Under the pieces are notes generated by a model. That model saw only the letters and a program-made list of their open reading frames with translations. It was not told the DNA's origin and did no database searches. Below, piece after piece: positions 32,768-55,764 of a stretch of 64,000 bases of DNA; the first letter of the stretch is position 1; the number at the start of each line of letters is the position of its first letter. The translations under genes were made by a program, and so were the position numbers. The stretch is from the human T2T-CHM13v2.0 reference genome, Homo sapiens, in the NCBI RefSeq assembly GCF_009914755.1, contig NC_060926.1, one strand, 5' to 3'.

Positions 32768-32930
32768 TCCTTTCCTTTCCTTTTTCCTTTTCGTTTTTCT
32801 TTCCTATCCTTTCCTTCTCCCCTTTCCCTTTTTCCTTTCCCCTTTCCCCTTTCCCTTCTCCCCTTTCCTCTTTCCCCTTTCCCTTCTCCCCTTTCTCCTT
32901 TTCCCTTTCCACTTCCCTTCCCTTCTGTTT
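32768..32930. repeat. Polypyrimidine (TTTCCC)-like tract
   Basis: Almost pure C/T over ~160 nt; abuts an Alu monomer fragment. Confidence 0.92.
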
Positions 32931-33012
32931 TTCTAGATGAGGTCTGACTATGCGGCCAGGCTGGTCTTGAACTCCTGGCCTCAAGTGATCCTCCCACCTC
33001 TGCTTCCCAAAA
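32931..33012 (-). mobile_element. Truncated Alu left-arm/FLAM fragment
   Basis: GGCCAGGCTGGTCTTGAACTCCTGGCCTCAAGTGATCCTCCCACCTC. Confidence 0.85.
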
Positions 33013-33383
33013 CCACTCTTCATGATCACTGGCTTCTACTCATTTTCTTTAACTTCCCTCACACTGTACTTAATCATCATGTGCTCCCTATGTTTGCCCT
33101 AAACTATGGGGCTTTCTCTTTCCTCTGCTTTGCAAATGATGGTCCCACTGGCCACAATTGCCTCTCTCCGATTTCTTACTCAGCCTGCCTTTGGCTGGTT
33201 AAACCCTATTTTCCTTTAGTATCAGCTAAGAGGTTAGATCTTCTTCAAGACTAGGTGGGATACCCCAGCCCAGGGTGGGAATCTTGCCTGTATGTAAGGT
33301 ACTGTACTCTACTGTAATTGTCTTTCTAAATCCACCTCTAGACTGTAAGCCCCTGAGGGAAGGCCCCAGGCTTTGCTACCATA

Positions 33384-33745
33384 GTGCTAAGGTCTGTCTG
33401 TGTCCCCCTAAAATTTGTATGTTGAAATCTTCACACCCCCAAGGTGATGGTATTGGGAGGTGTGGCCTTTGGGAGTTGATGAAGTCACAAGGGCTGTGCC
33501 CTCATGAATGGGATTAGAGGCTTTATAAAAGTGGCCTGAGAAAGCTCTTTTGTCCCTTACACTGTGTGAGGTTACAGGGGAAAAAATGCCATCTGTGAAC
33601 TGGGAAGCAGTTCCTCACCAAGTCTTTGGCACCCTGATCTTGAACTTCTCAGACTTGAAAACTGGGAGAAATACATTTCTGTTGCTTATAAACCACCCAG
33701 TCTACGCTTTTTTTTTTTTTAATGGCCTGAATGGACTTAGATACA
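33384..33745 (+). mobile_element. MaLR solo LTR, MLT1A0-like
   Basis: TGTGTCCCCCTAAAATTTGTATGTTGAAATC..AAGGTGATGGTATT..CCCTCATGAATGGGATTAG..TATAAACCACCCAGTCTA..AATGGACTTAGATACA. Confidence 0.85.
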
Positions 33746-34864
33746 CAGCAAGCCTTTTACCAGGAGGCTGACACATAGTAGGCAATCAATAAGTATAGCA
33801 GATGAATGAAAATGAAGAGAATGGGACATACTCTGCTTAAATGTATGTATTGCATGTAAAACGCTAGCTCTGACCACATTTGTTCCTTGTTATTGAACTG
33901 TATCGTGGCATGACCAATTTGATTATAACCACCTTTAAGAATAAAGGCAGGCTATTGCTTGATTTATTTAGTCACAGTTTTGGTGCCAGTTGTGAAGATG
34001 ACTATAATGGTCTGAATGACACCCACATAGCATTATGTTTTGTCTGCTTCATTTCCATTTAGATAAAACAAAATCAAGATATATTAGTAAGAATATATAA
34101 TTTTCAAGGTTAAGAGCAATACTACTATTTAATATTAATATTAGTTCAATAAATATTAATTCAAATCATTTTAATGACCGGTGGAATATTTTTTAAAAGA
34201 TTTAAATAGAAGAAGTTGACAGTAGGATGATTTACATGGTTTAAATAACAATTTAATTAAAAACACGTTATCTCAGCGTTATTACCATTTTTAAAATCAG
34301 ATTTACAGATATTTAATTGCATTTAAACTTGGGGCAAATGCAGGAGACTAAACATACCACAGAGAAATTACTAGATTTTCTTTTCAAAGTTTGGAGTGGC
34401 TTTCTCTCCTTTCTATATTTATCCTTCAACAGTAATAATAAAATAAATTGGAGGAGTTGAACCATGTTATAATCACTCCTTCATGGTTCCATTTAACTAC
34501 CCTGTCATCTAGGCCTGTCTCCAGCCCAGACAGGCTGGGCACATTTTCAAGCTGCCAGGACACCAGGTGGGACACCAAGGTGGCAAGGCCACCAGGAGTG
34601 ATAATCAAGTCCAATATATAAAATCTGCAGCTGGACCCAGACACATCCTCAGGAACTTCTGTATTTGTAGAAAATTTTGGAGGCGACTCTTCAACTCATT
34701 TTAAAAATTTTTATTTTTCTCACTCTTTGTATGTCCCTCACCCAACTCTGCCTGTGTTTATTTCCTTTACATTTTATTTCCCTCTCTCTTTGCTTCCATT
34801 TCCTAAAATTTGCCTTATCTATACTGCATTATTGCTTCATAGTTAAGGATGTATCATTACTGCA

Positions 34865-35093
34865 TTGGATAAACAAAGATATCTATTGTATGTCATAATG
34901 ACTATAGATAAAAACAGTATCTTATACTTGAAAATTGCAAAAAAAGTAGATTTTACATGTTCTCATCACAAAAAAGCATGTGAAGTAATTTATATGTTAA
35001 TTATTCGACTTAGCCATTTTACAATATATACATAAAGCATCATGTTATATACCATAAATATAATTTTTGTCCATTCAAAAATTTTTTTAAAAA
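34865..35093 (+). mobile_element. L1MA-type 3' end fragment
   Basis: TATACTTGAAAATTGC..GTAGATTTTACATGTTCTCATCACAAAAAA..CATGTTATATACCATAAATAT. Confidence 0.78.
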
Positions 35094-35933
35094 GATGAAC
35101 AACCTGCCATTTATAGACTGCAGAGTTGAAGACAGAGCCTACAGCCAGGAAGTTTCAGAAAAATTTCAGAAGAAAGAAATAAGCCTATTAGAATACAGAA
35201 ATAATTCTACGGATCACTCCTTCACACTAGCTCACTCTGTGTATTTTGTTCTGAGAAACTCCTCCATGGCAAGAGAGGCTAGGGTCAGACCAATTGCTGA
35301 AGACCTTAGGTGAAGGCACCAGCAGTTGCTGCTGCAGGGAACATGCTTTGGGACCAGGAGTACCAGGTTTGTGACAGTACAAAGTGAGGAATCAGAGACA
35401 GACCAGGGAGAGGAGTTTCCAGCCTGGCTCATACTGTAGCAAGAATGGGCCCCTCCAGCTCTTTTGTAGAGCAGGAGTTGGAAAGGAAACCCAGAAAATA
35501 TGTTTGGTCATCTGCTCTCTGCCAGTGCAGTACTCCTACAGATTTAACATGCACTACCCCCAACCCAGGGGCGGCTTCTCCTGCTTCATTGTGCCTGGGA
35601 ATCTCAAGGCAATTTTAATGGGACTGAATATTTTGGTTCTCTCTGATATAACACAGGGGTCAATTCATTGCTCTGCCCCTAGCTCCTCAAGCCAGTGCTA
35701 TTAGGTCCCATTTACCACTGCATGCTATATTTTAGTTATGTCATTTCTGAGCTTTAGGGTACAGAGAATGGTGGTTGAGAGGGAGACAAAAGAAAGGAGG
35801 ATGGGAAGGAAAGGGAAGAAGAGGGAAGTGTGAGAAGGGGAAGAAGAGGAGAGAAAAAGGAGGAGAAAGAGCTCTTAACATCAGGGAAGTAACAAACAAC
35901 ACATTGTATATTTTCTCATTTAAAAAAATCTCA

Positions 35934-36042
35934 GTGTGCGTGTATGTGTGTGTGTATGCATATATACATACATATACACACATATACTGAGACACATACA
36001 TGTGTATATTTATATCTTATATATAATATATACATACACAAA
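35934..36042. repeat. Mixed (TG)/(TA)/(CA) simple repeat
   Basis: Alternating purine-pyrimidine tract. Confidence 0.85.
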
Positions 36043-36940
36043 CACAATTGTTTTAAAAGCTGTTTTTAAATTCTTGAGGCTTCCTTTTTTCTCTTCAGGA
36101 ATAAAAATCTGTTGCTCCTTTGATAAACAGTACATAATTTGAACAGATAGCTAGTGAAAAAATAACTTCATATTCCTCAAAGAGGAGATAGAGAAATTAA
36201 AGTGGCACAATTTTTGATTGGATGCATTGCATTTTCTATTTTCTCAGTGAGTCTAATTCTGAGCCTGATTCTGGTATCTTTCTCTGAGAAACTACCACTT
36301 CCTTTTGTTTGAGAAAAGAACTATTAGTTTGTTATTAAAAAAACAAAACAAAACCCATGCCTCCCCCATCATATTTGTTATTGTATATTCTTGAAAGCCC
36401 CCTTTTCCCCTTCTCTCTTTAAGGCTCCAACATAGCCAGCTCCTCACTGCTGCTGTGTTAGATCCTATTGCTTCCCTCTGACCCCTTGGGATTGGGGTGC
36501 AAGAGAGGTTGTGGGAGGGCGGTGACACAGGGAAGGGTTGCTCTAGCTGGGACTGTTCAGTGCTATAGTTTGTTTCTCTATCTTCCAATTGCAGTCCAAA
36601 CATGGTTGGGAAAGAAGCTTGTCTTTGACAAATGAAAAAGCTATGCATTCCCATTTAAAACTTCACCAGATAGGATGAGGTTGATGAGTTCAAAGGTCCT
36701 CTTCTCCTTCATCACCAGCTTGTGAAAATGAAACTGTTTCAGAGACACAGATCATCCACTAGGACTTTTCCTCAATGCACAGTCACTATGATGCATTTCT
36801 TATGAAAGTTTCACCAAGCCCATCTGTGACTATTATCACGAGCCTGTAATACATGCACAGACATGAACAGAAAATTCAGGAAGGACACATTAGAGATAGG
36901 ATTCTATTTTTTAAAACACTCTCTCAGACTGAGCTAAGTA

Positions 36941-39252
<2,312 letters not shown>

Positions 39253-41607
39253 AATGGAAATGAAAAAGGCAGTATATTTTGAGTAGTAGAGTAATAAGCT
39301 GCCATTAAATGGCAGTCGGTGATGCTCTCATCACTGCCATTCTTCTGCCAGTGGCCAAAAGGAGCAGCTACTGCTCTGGCAATGGACAGATGACCAAGTA
39401 TGTTTTGGAATTCCTCTTGATCTAGTTACAGAACTGGAATCGAGGCCATATTTCTCATCTAAGAGACTAAGAGAGCCAACACCATGCCTCATTCCTGTCT
39501 TAATCTCAGTCTACTTTCCAGTCCCAGCTGTGTTATCATTCCTGGTCTCAACTTTACATTGCTATGCAAAGGCTTCTGCTCTGACTTCATCCATGCTCAT
39601 CCCCACACTCTTCCAGTTTGTTTGCTGAACATCTCTTTCTATGTTCAGTGACCTCCTATCCTTCCTCAATTCTTACTCTTAAGAGAACTCCATCTCCTAT
39701 CTTAACTGAAAACTTGATGTCCTCCAATAATACCACTTTCTTCACACTCCCCTCAAGCATGTCCTCAGGGTCACTGGGTAAAGTAGATGTCCACCTTTCT
39801 CTTAATGGCCTTTCTTCACGTTTAATCCACTCTGGCACAACCCATTGCTACTCTGAATTCCTTGTTCCAGCACTATACCTCATTCCCACCATCTCTTCCC
39901 CAAAATCACCAACTATTTTGTATTTCCTGTTGTTTACTAAAGATTAATGTCGTGTTCCAATATTTAATTATCTTGTTGAGCTATTTAAATATTAATGGGG
40001 TAACTATAACAACTTCTTACAGCTTGCTTTCTTATGGCTTCTTGGTAAAGGGAAGGCCAGTTCCTGGCCTCTTGGTTTCTTGACAGCCACATCTCCTGTG
40101 CCTTTTTCTCTTCAGTCAATTGCTCTCATTGTTGCTTCATGGACTTCAACATCAAGTCTGCAGCATCTCTTAATTATTGGCTTTAAACATTTTCCATCAA
40201 TACCAACTCCTCTCCTTTTCTTACTTGCTCAATTACTCTGCAGCAATTCATCATCTTTGAGACTTCACATGCATTATCTCTATTATTACATCTGTTTATT
40301 GGATGCTTTTTTCACTTCTCTTTTTCTGCAGCCCAGTGTTTTGAGCTCTGTCTTGACATGTCCTGAACTCCTTGTCCATCTCTTTCTTCATTGCATTCAT
40401 CTAGAAAATCCAGGCAAGTAAAAACCCACTCATTTGATTTCTTTGTGCCTGAATCTGAGGAGCAGCAGGAATATGGGAAAAAATAAATCACAAAATTCGG
40501 ATGATGAGGATTTACTCTAATGTCGTGATCACACCATTAAATATACAGTCAACATCTCCCTCAATTCTATTTTTTATACCCCCAAATGACTCTTCTATAG
40601 CCTCTTCTTTTTCTCAAAATTTCAATACCCCTACTTCCAGACATTTAGATGTTTACCTAGCCCTATTCCTTTTCATGGTGAAAAAAGTAGCCATCTTATT
40701 GAAATGCCCCATTTTCTTAAGAGCAAATTTATAAATCTTTCATCTGCATCTGTTTTCTCTTCTTTTTTCATTTACAGTGGAGGAAGTATCCCTCCAGCTG
40801 TCAAAGGTAAATTGTTCCGCTTGTCCTGTAGGACATGCCACCTCTCACCTTTCAAATATTTCCCTTCTTCAGTTATTCCCTGTCTCTCTCCTGCATCATT
40901 CATTTTCTCATATAGAGTGAATCATTCCTACTGGTATTCAAACACATTCTAGGATTTCTCTTCTCAACAGGTCTCCTCAAATCCCACTAAAAGAAATCAA
41001 TGAAGACTTTCTTTGGTCCTCATATTCCATGTAGCTACTAACTTATTTCACAACCATAGATGGACTTCTCAGAAATTGTATATCACCGTTCCCTTCCTGC
41101 TACCCTAATTCCTATTTTAATTCAATATGGCTTTTGCCTCTACCACGCAACTCAAAACGGCTCTTGTCACTGTCACAGTAAATGTTGTTTTATCAAAACA
41201 CAAATCACTTTCTACTGTTACCTTAACCTTTTAGCAGCATTCAACAATTTGATCTTTCCCTTTTAAAACACTCACCTTTCTTGGATTCACTGACCCTGTC
41301 ACTTCTGGGTCTTTCTCTCATTTCCTTGGTTTCTCCTTTTCAGTTTCCTCTACTAGCTCCTCCTCCAAAATTTACTAGTAAGTTTTGGAGCTCTGTTGGG
41401 TTTTCTGTCTTCTCTCTTTACATCCTGTTGGGAAGCCCATCTCTTTTATGACTTTAAATACCATCATTATGCCAACACTCCCTAAGTTTCCATCTCCAGC
41501 CTAGATTCTCCTTAAGTCCAGACTCATTTATCTTTCCCACATCTACTTGTATACTTTATAGACATCTTAAACTAGAATACTCCAAACTGAACTCTTGATC
41601 TTCTTAA

Positions 41608-42267
<660 letters not shown>

Positions 42268-45200
42268 TGAATCCTTTTTTCTTTCTACATTTCTACTTCT
42301 ATCCTGGCAGTCTAAACCATGTTCACCTTTCACCTGAACACCCGGACAACAGAAGCAGCCAACTTTCCCTTTTGTTTTTTCTCCATTTTCCATGTAACCT
42401 GTCAGAGGGACCTTTAAAATACGCCAATCAGATTATGTGGTTTTGCTGTTGAAAACCTTTTATGTTTTTCTACTTCTATGAAATAAAATCTTCTCTGAAA
42501 TAAAATCTTTTGGCCAATAAGACCCTGAGTGATCTGACTTCTGCCTACTCCAGGGTTTCATGTTTGTCTACGGCTCTTTTCCTTGGTCACTATACTTTCC
42601 TCACTTTGACTTTTTTATTGTTAAATTCCTTAAACACATCAGCTCTTTCTCATCTCAGCCTGTATATGCTTGGCCTTATACCCAGACTGCCTGATCTTTT
42701 CCTAATGTTTCAGAACTGACCTCACATTCTCCAGGTCTCAGTTTTAACGTCAAACCCTTAGAGAAATCTTCCCTGACTGCATTAGGTAAGGCAAATATAC
42801 CCTTGTTAATCTTTAACACACAATCCTGGTGGTTTGTTTCCTATGTGAGAATTATGATAATTTATACTTACTTTTGTTTTATCATATACATACATACATA
42901 TATATATATATAGTTAATTTGCTAAGTTCCCCACTAAATTTTAAGTTCCATGAGGTCAGAGAACCATATCTGTCTTGCTCACTGCTAAGTCTCCAGTGTC
43001 TAGCACAGTTTCTGGCATTTAGTAGCTGCTAAATGAAGTCTATACTAAATTCATCTTGAAACAAGTGATTTTTTTTTCTTACATTTCCTCTCTCCACTAT
43101 ATTATACCATATTCAGTAAAAATCTTCCCTTTTTTAAAAATATATACGCTCAAAGGAGATTCTATACATTTTTCTTTAGATAATGGTAATCCCTAATTAA
43201 ACATGCTTATATAATAATGCTCTATAATTATGTGGTAATTTCTATTTTAGGGTCTCAAAACTATTTAGAAATCATAATTAATGATCAAGCAAATGTGATG
43301 GGACTGGGTCATTAAAATAGTTTTACTTTTAGACCTGAGCTTGCTTTCTTAAGACCCCTGGTCTAACACACATTGAGTTTCTGATTCAAGACCTGTAGTT
43401 GACTGCTTTGTTGAAAAAAAAAAAAAGTAAATCAATAAAAAAGCTTCATAATAAAGATTCATGAGATACTTTTGATAGCCATTTAAAAAAATCATAGGGA
43501 TGGGGAAAATATTGAGAGAGAATAATATTTTAATCCAATAATTATAGTCATTTTACCTGACCACTGAGCACCGACTGTGTTCCAGAAGGTTTTTTGGAAT
43601 CTGGAACTATAGGGCTGAAAGTGACATGGTTTCTGTTTGATTGTAGAGTTGAGACATGCATATCAACAGGTAAATATAATACAATGTCATAAGTGTTTTA
43701 GAAGATTAATTTATAAAGCACTTTGGTACATAAAGAAGGAAACTAATAACTTTGAAGAGAACTAGGAAAGGCTCCACAGATGGGACACTTGGATTGCTAT
43801 TTAAAAATGGGTAAGTGTGTTGGTCAGGTAGGGAAGGTGAAAAAGAAAAAAGGAAGGCATTCTCAGAAGAGCAGAGAAGGATGGAGAAGGGAAAGTGTAT
43901 AGCATATTACAAGAATGATCACTGCGGCTGGAAAAGAGAGTACCGGGAGGAAAGTGACAAGGAATAATATCCATGTTCTAGTTGTACTGATTTTTCTGTA
44001 AAAAATGATGGGGGCTTGGTTTGTGCTATCTGTAACTGAGAAGGCTGTAAAACATGAAACTTCATTCTACAGAGGTTATCTCCATTACATTTTAGGTTAT
44101 TATTATTAAAGATTGTAGTCTCAATAATGTTATCAGAAAACTGTTTAAATAACCAGGCTGAACATTTTCTATGATTTATCTTTAAGAGTAGAGGTCATTA
44201 AGTCACCTCAAACATGCTGGTCTTTTATCTATATATTTCTGCATCTTTAGATAATTTAGGACCTAAATTTTAGGCTATCAATTTCAAGGTTGTTTAAAGA
44301 TTAAATTTAAAAAAGTTTGGCTCACTAGAATTCCTGCCTATGACTTGTTTTTCACATATGTAGAGTGGGTGGTCATCTGTGTTACATGATGGGATGATTC
44401 CAGGAATGTCTTCTTGCTCACATTTTTTTTGCAGCCCGTGAGTCACAGTGATAGACATGCCATATTAGAAATTCCTTAGGGTTAAAATATTGTCCCCAAA
44501 ACCCAGTTTCTTTATCTTTCTTTTCCTTTCTTTTTATTTTTAAGGTGCAAATGGCTTTCTCACTCTCACATTCCAAGGATATTCTTAAATTTTCTTTCTT
44601 GACTTCTGCCAAATTTGAGACTCTGAGTGCATCTTTTTTTTTCTTGAGTTTTTGTGTTCTCTAAATAGTCTTGGTTTCTCTAACCTTTCAAACTGATGCT
44701 TAGAAGATATAAGCCAGGGTTTAGAAAACAGGTTTTTATTCAATCTCCTTTATTTTAGTGTGTTGCCTCCCTGTAGCCTTCTGCATGCCTAGTGTCTCCA
44801 GGATAGGAGTTGTCTTTTCTTTTTTTCCAGGGAGTTGATCTTCTCTCTCCTGGGTGCAAGATGCTTGGGTTTTTTGTTGGTTTGTTTGTTTGGTTGGTTG
44901 GTTTGTTTGAGAGTTGTTTTCCTGGCTTTCAATGAGATGGTGAATGGGGATCTCTCTTCCTAGTTTCCACCAATCCTCCCATTTTTGTTTGCAGCCTCCA
45001 TTCCTATTCCTAGAAGTACCTGGCTGCTTTCCTTAACGTCCTTTCCAGGCTCTGTAGTGCTGGTCCTTTTTCATTTTGTTGATTCTCCTTCTTTGTCCCT
45101 TTAATCCCTTTCCTTTTTTTTTTTTTTTAAGCCAGCAACCACTTGATGAACTTCTTTCCATCTTTTGTAGTATCTATCATTGCCTCTCCAGTTGTTTTGA

Positions 45201-45900
45201 TCTTCTGTGATTATAGAAGTTTCATTTCTTTCAGTAGAGCTTTGGGAAGGAACTAAGGTAAATTTCTGGTTTTATCCTGCCATGTTTAATTAGATATCTT
45301 CAGGACTATTTTTCTAAAATACAAATGTCCTATAAATCTGTGGTCTTATCCTTTCAATGGCCTTGCCTACATACAGAGTAAAATATAAATTCTTATTAGA
45401 TGTTTTTCAAAGTACTTCATGATCTGCTCCTTATCTACCTATCTTCCAGTAATTTTCTTTGCCTCCTTCAATTCTGGCACTCTTATATAAGTCAGTTCAG
45501 GTGTAACTGCCTCCTGGTCTTCCCTGGTTAAATAGCACGGAGGGGTGGAATATGGAAAGACTTTGGAAATCTCCTGGCATATCATATCGTTTGAACAAGA
45601 AGCAATGCAGAACATATAGAAGAGGCTTTTAAGCAGAGAAAAAGGCCTATGATCTCACCACAACCCAAGAGGTTCCAGGATCAGATACAGCAGGTAAAGG
45701 GGGGACAAGAAAAAGAGCTAGCATTGAACAGAGGCGTTAATAGAAAGCTTGTTCCCTTTCCCTCGTATCCTTTCTCTCCTTCCCCTTCTCTGTCTCTAGT
45801 CTCTCCCTCCAGACAACCTCTTCTACTTCTTTCCTTCTACTCTCTTTTCCCTCCTCTCCTTACAACTAATGAAATTGTTGGCCCTAAAGCTTCACTCCAC

Positions 45901-47090
45901 TGTAATAATACCATATATCCCTTTGGTCTAGGCCTCAAAGTGGGTGAAATATACTTTCTCACCCCTCGAGCTTGAACTTTGTCCTGTGACTTGCTTTGGC
46001 CACTGGGACGTTAAGGGTACAATGTGAGCAGAGGCTTGAATTGTACTGATGCAGTTGGGCTTGCTTTCTTGTGCTTCTGATACAGCCATGAGGATGACAT
46101 TCCCTGGATACCAGAGTAAGTCATGTGGGGCAGAGTCACCCAAACTAACATATACACCCGCTTCTTGAAGCAGGGCTGCCCAGCCACCTGCAGATGCACA
46201 GTCAAGAAATAACTTAAGTTGCTAAGTGCCACTAAAATGTTGCAGTATCTTTCATTCAAAAAAGGTGGCTGATACAGAAACTGATACCAAGAGGTGGGGT
46301 ACTGTCATAAAAACACTGAAATATATGGCATTTGATTTAGGTCTAGGTGGAGGAATGATGTGGAAACCTTAATAAAACGGAAAAGTAGCAATCCATATTT
46401 TGCAGTGGCAAGTATTTTGGTAAAACTATTGTCTGTCATATAAAGAAAATGTATCTAATGAACCTGCAAAGTTTGGTTAGGAGGTATCAGGAGAAGTGTT
46501 GAAGATATCAACTGGCTGTTTTGAACTGAATTTGATAAAATACCACAAGAAAGAAATGAGCTTAGAAAAGGACTGGTCAATTTACATGCAGAATTTAGAG
46601 GGAATGTAAAGAGCCAAGAAATTGCAAATTTAAAATAGAAAATTGTTTCTCACCAAATCAATTATAACAAAATTGGGTATTTTAACACAATCACTAGTTG
46701 AAGACTAAATCTGGGGTGCTGCCAGAAAGACATGGCCAGTTAGACATGATCAAGCCAAGAGTGCAGCTGAAACACCCTCTGTTAAGCTTGCCAAAAGGAT
46801 TAGAATGATATCTAGTAGATTTCTCACAGGACAAAAGGGGTCCATCAGAGCCCAAGAAATGATCCCAGAAATGTTTGACTCATTCCAAGAGCCCATAAAT
46901 ACAGAATATGGCTTAAAAAGAATCATGGGTGTGGCTTTGGTACATGCAGTTGATAGAAATCATATATGTAAAAATCCACAAAGGTTTTAAGAGAGATCTA
47001 TAAGCAACATCACCACAAGCTTGGAACAGAAAAGAGACTGGCTGTTTGAAATGTAAAAAGACCTCTGAGTCTCCAACTTTCTACAGAAAG
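45901..47090 (+). mobile_element. MaLR MLT1H/G-like LTR (45901-46275) followed by its internal region
   Basis: GTGACTTGCTTTGGCC..AGCAGAGGCTTGAA..ends GCTGATACA; then GAAACTGATACCAAGAGGTGGGGTACTG, typical of an MLT-int start. Confidence 0.7.
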
Positions 47091-47099
47091 GAATATATA

Positions 47100-49990
<2,891 letters not shown>

Positions 49991-50196
49991 ATACCTTCTT
50001 CAAATTGATCCATAGTTTATTTTTACAGAAAAGTAAGTTATAAAACACATATGCCAAATTCATTTCTCAAAAATAGATTATATGCTAAGATACAACAAAA
50101 TATTTTCAATGGATATTTCTGGGTGGCATTTTTTTTTTGCTTTTTTATATTTTTAGCAAATGGTTTTGTAATCAGAAAATCACTTAAATCAAAAAC

Positions 50197-50543
<347 letters not shown>

Positions 50544-50800
50544 TTAAGGTGGCTTCTCCAGTTTCTCAAAGTTAATTGTTTCCTTCTTCATTCTGCCATA
50601 GTTTCTGTTAGGGAATCCTTATGATTTGTTTACATTTCTCTCTCTACCAGTCTACTCTGAGCTCCTTCAAAGTAGTTACCAAGTTTTACCAAGTTTTGTT
50701 TAACTTTATGTCCCCACTGTCTGACATACAACAGAATTGTTGGGTATTAAAAGAACCCTTAATAAGGTAAAACTCAGAACCCCTATAGAAGCAAATTTCA

Positions 50801-53216
<2,416 letters not shown>

Positions 53217-53944
53217 TTAAGGGGTGTGGTATGTTTCTTCTATGTAGATTATGATCTAACTGGGGTTAAAATTCTTTCCTTGTAGCTGAGGTACCTCATA
53301 CCCCCAGATGGCTTTATTAAATACTTAAGAGGGTCAAAAAAGCACATATAAGGAGTCTGCAAAGTTGTCTTTCTTATTCTTCCATGGCTAACTGGCTCCT
53401 ATCCAACCACATGAAAATTTAGGATTGGAAAAAAGCCCACCAGGGACCCCCATTCACTCAACATCCAATCCCAACACCTACTTCTACCTCATTCTGCCTT
53501 TGGGGTTCCAGCTCTTTCTCCCAGGCTTGGCCTCTGGTCCAAGATATAGTGTCCTTTCCACCACCTGACACCAGAAGCGGTGTTACTCCTGGTAACATTT
53601 AGATGAGATCCTGCTTCTCAGCTGTAGGGATGTGGCACAAGTTCAAAATCAAAATCAGAAATATCAAGAATGTTGAATGCGGTGTTCTGAAGCAAGAATT
53701 GAGTAAATATTAATAGAGTGACTGTCCTCATAGCATGCATTGTGATTATATAAAGGAGAGCAACCACATTATTTTATTCATGATTCCACAAACATATTTT
53801 TGGTGCACTAACTCATGTGTTTTTTCCTGGTGTTTGTTTCCATTCTCTAACACATCTCTATCTTGGCAAGACTTTTATTTCCATTGTCTCAAAAATTCAG
53901 AGAAAGAAGCCTGAGCGTTATCGAGCCAGGGTAAAAATAGAATA

Positions 53945-53952
53945 TGACGTCA
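53945..53952. promoter_or_regulatory. Full palindromic CRE motif (CREB/ATF)
   Basis: TGACGTCA in a locally CpG-retaining non-repeat segment; function not shown. Confidence 0.35.
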
Positions 53953-55469
53953 GATGGAGTCAGCTTCTCCTTGCCCAGGTGAGGTCTGGGGAACAAAGAG
54001 GACACCGGTTTTACTGCACCGTAATGACGATGAAGCAGGAGTGTGCCTATGTGGTACAGCTCTGCCTCTCAGAGTTTCCTGTAACATACCATGGTGCAGC
54101 AAGTACAGAAAACTTTAGGGGTTGGGAGGGGTAAAGCTGTTACTTCCTGATGCCCAGAGTGGTTCCAGAATGGGAAGAACATTTCCCAAGGCTCAATGGT
54201 GGCATGATTATGGGACATGAACAGGCCTTGCAGTTGAGAATGAAAATCTCCAAATATTTTGAGGCTCTCTGCCTTTGAATTATTTAAATCCAATGCTTGT
54301 TATTTGTGATCATATCTGATTATGGTTATAAAATGAAGCTATAGCTCAATGTAGAACAAATTTATTTTTCTGATTTGAAGGGTGCATTTGAAACACAGTG
54401 CAACATGTAAAACAAATAAAGTAAATGGGAAGTGGATATGTATTGAAAATAGCCTTCGTGGTTTATAAATAGTAGTCATGTAATTAGCCCAACACACAAA
54501 TGCAACATAATTAATGTTATTAACCAAAATGTAAGCTTCAAAATATCTAGGACAATTGTATAATTATAATGTAATTGAAGCTACTTAAACAGAAACTTTG
54601 CCCTTTCCTTTTGGTCTCAGGTATTCTTTTAGTTGTTGAGCCCATATTTTCTGATTTTAAAGAGTAAAATATATTAAGGTGTTTTAAATCACTAGACTTC
54701 TTTTGCTCTGATAAACTGACTTACATTTAGCTTGTTATTATATAGTTGTTCCTGTGATTCATAGTCACATAAAATTCACACTGACCAAATACATATGTAT
54801 TGCTTTGATGAAATGTATCAACATTATATGAAAATTCCAAATGCATTTATAAAATAGATAATAGTATAGGTACTATAAAAGTCAACATTTTTATGGTTAA
54901 AACTATGTCAGCATTTTCATAATGTGTTCCTATTTCAAAAACGTAACTTGACCGAAAGATTTTATATTAAGATTTAATGTGATTTTTGAGCTTTCAACCA
55001 GAGCAATTTTTAAAAAGTGATTTTTCTTAGTCAGATTTGACATTTCTCAATAGTAGACAGGCATAAAAGGTGGGCCAATTTCCTTACTGTGACCATCACT
55101 TCAAATGCCTATTGTTACTGAAACACACTTGCATACAAAAATAAATAAGCAACAAAGGGTTACTTGTGTCCTTGGATCCATGTCATGGCTGTCTTATGGG
55201 GGAAACAACTCATCCAATTACAAGACTCTTGACTGTGCTCCAAAAGAGAATCAGCACATTTCCTTTGTTGCTACATTCTTCTCTTTACCTAGACTTTCTC
55301 CAGACTATCCTCCATTTCTGTTTCAAAAACCATAATTCTATGAAGTTTCCCCCCTTTTAATCCTCTCAAGTGAATGAGCCACCTCCCTAAAACCATAAAG
55401 CCCTTTCTATTATTGACATTCATTTGTTTGTTTAACACACATTTTCCTACTTTTCTTATTCTTGCTTTT

Positions 55470-55764
<295 letters not shown>

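Noticed and set aside
34560-34640. CCAAT plus TATATAAAA as a core promoter
   Set aside because: The motifs overlap rather than showing typical spacing; no CpG island or downstream exon
50674-50697. Short tandem micro-duplications (also near 42480, 58700, 61870)
   Set aside because: Common slippage indels with no special significance
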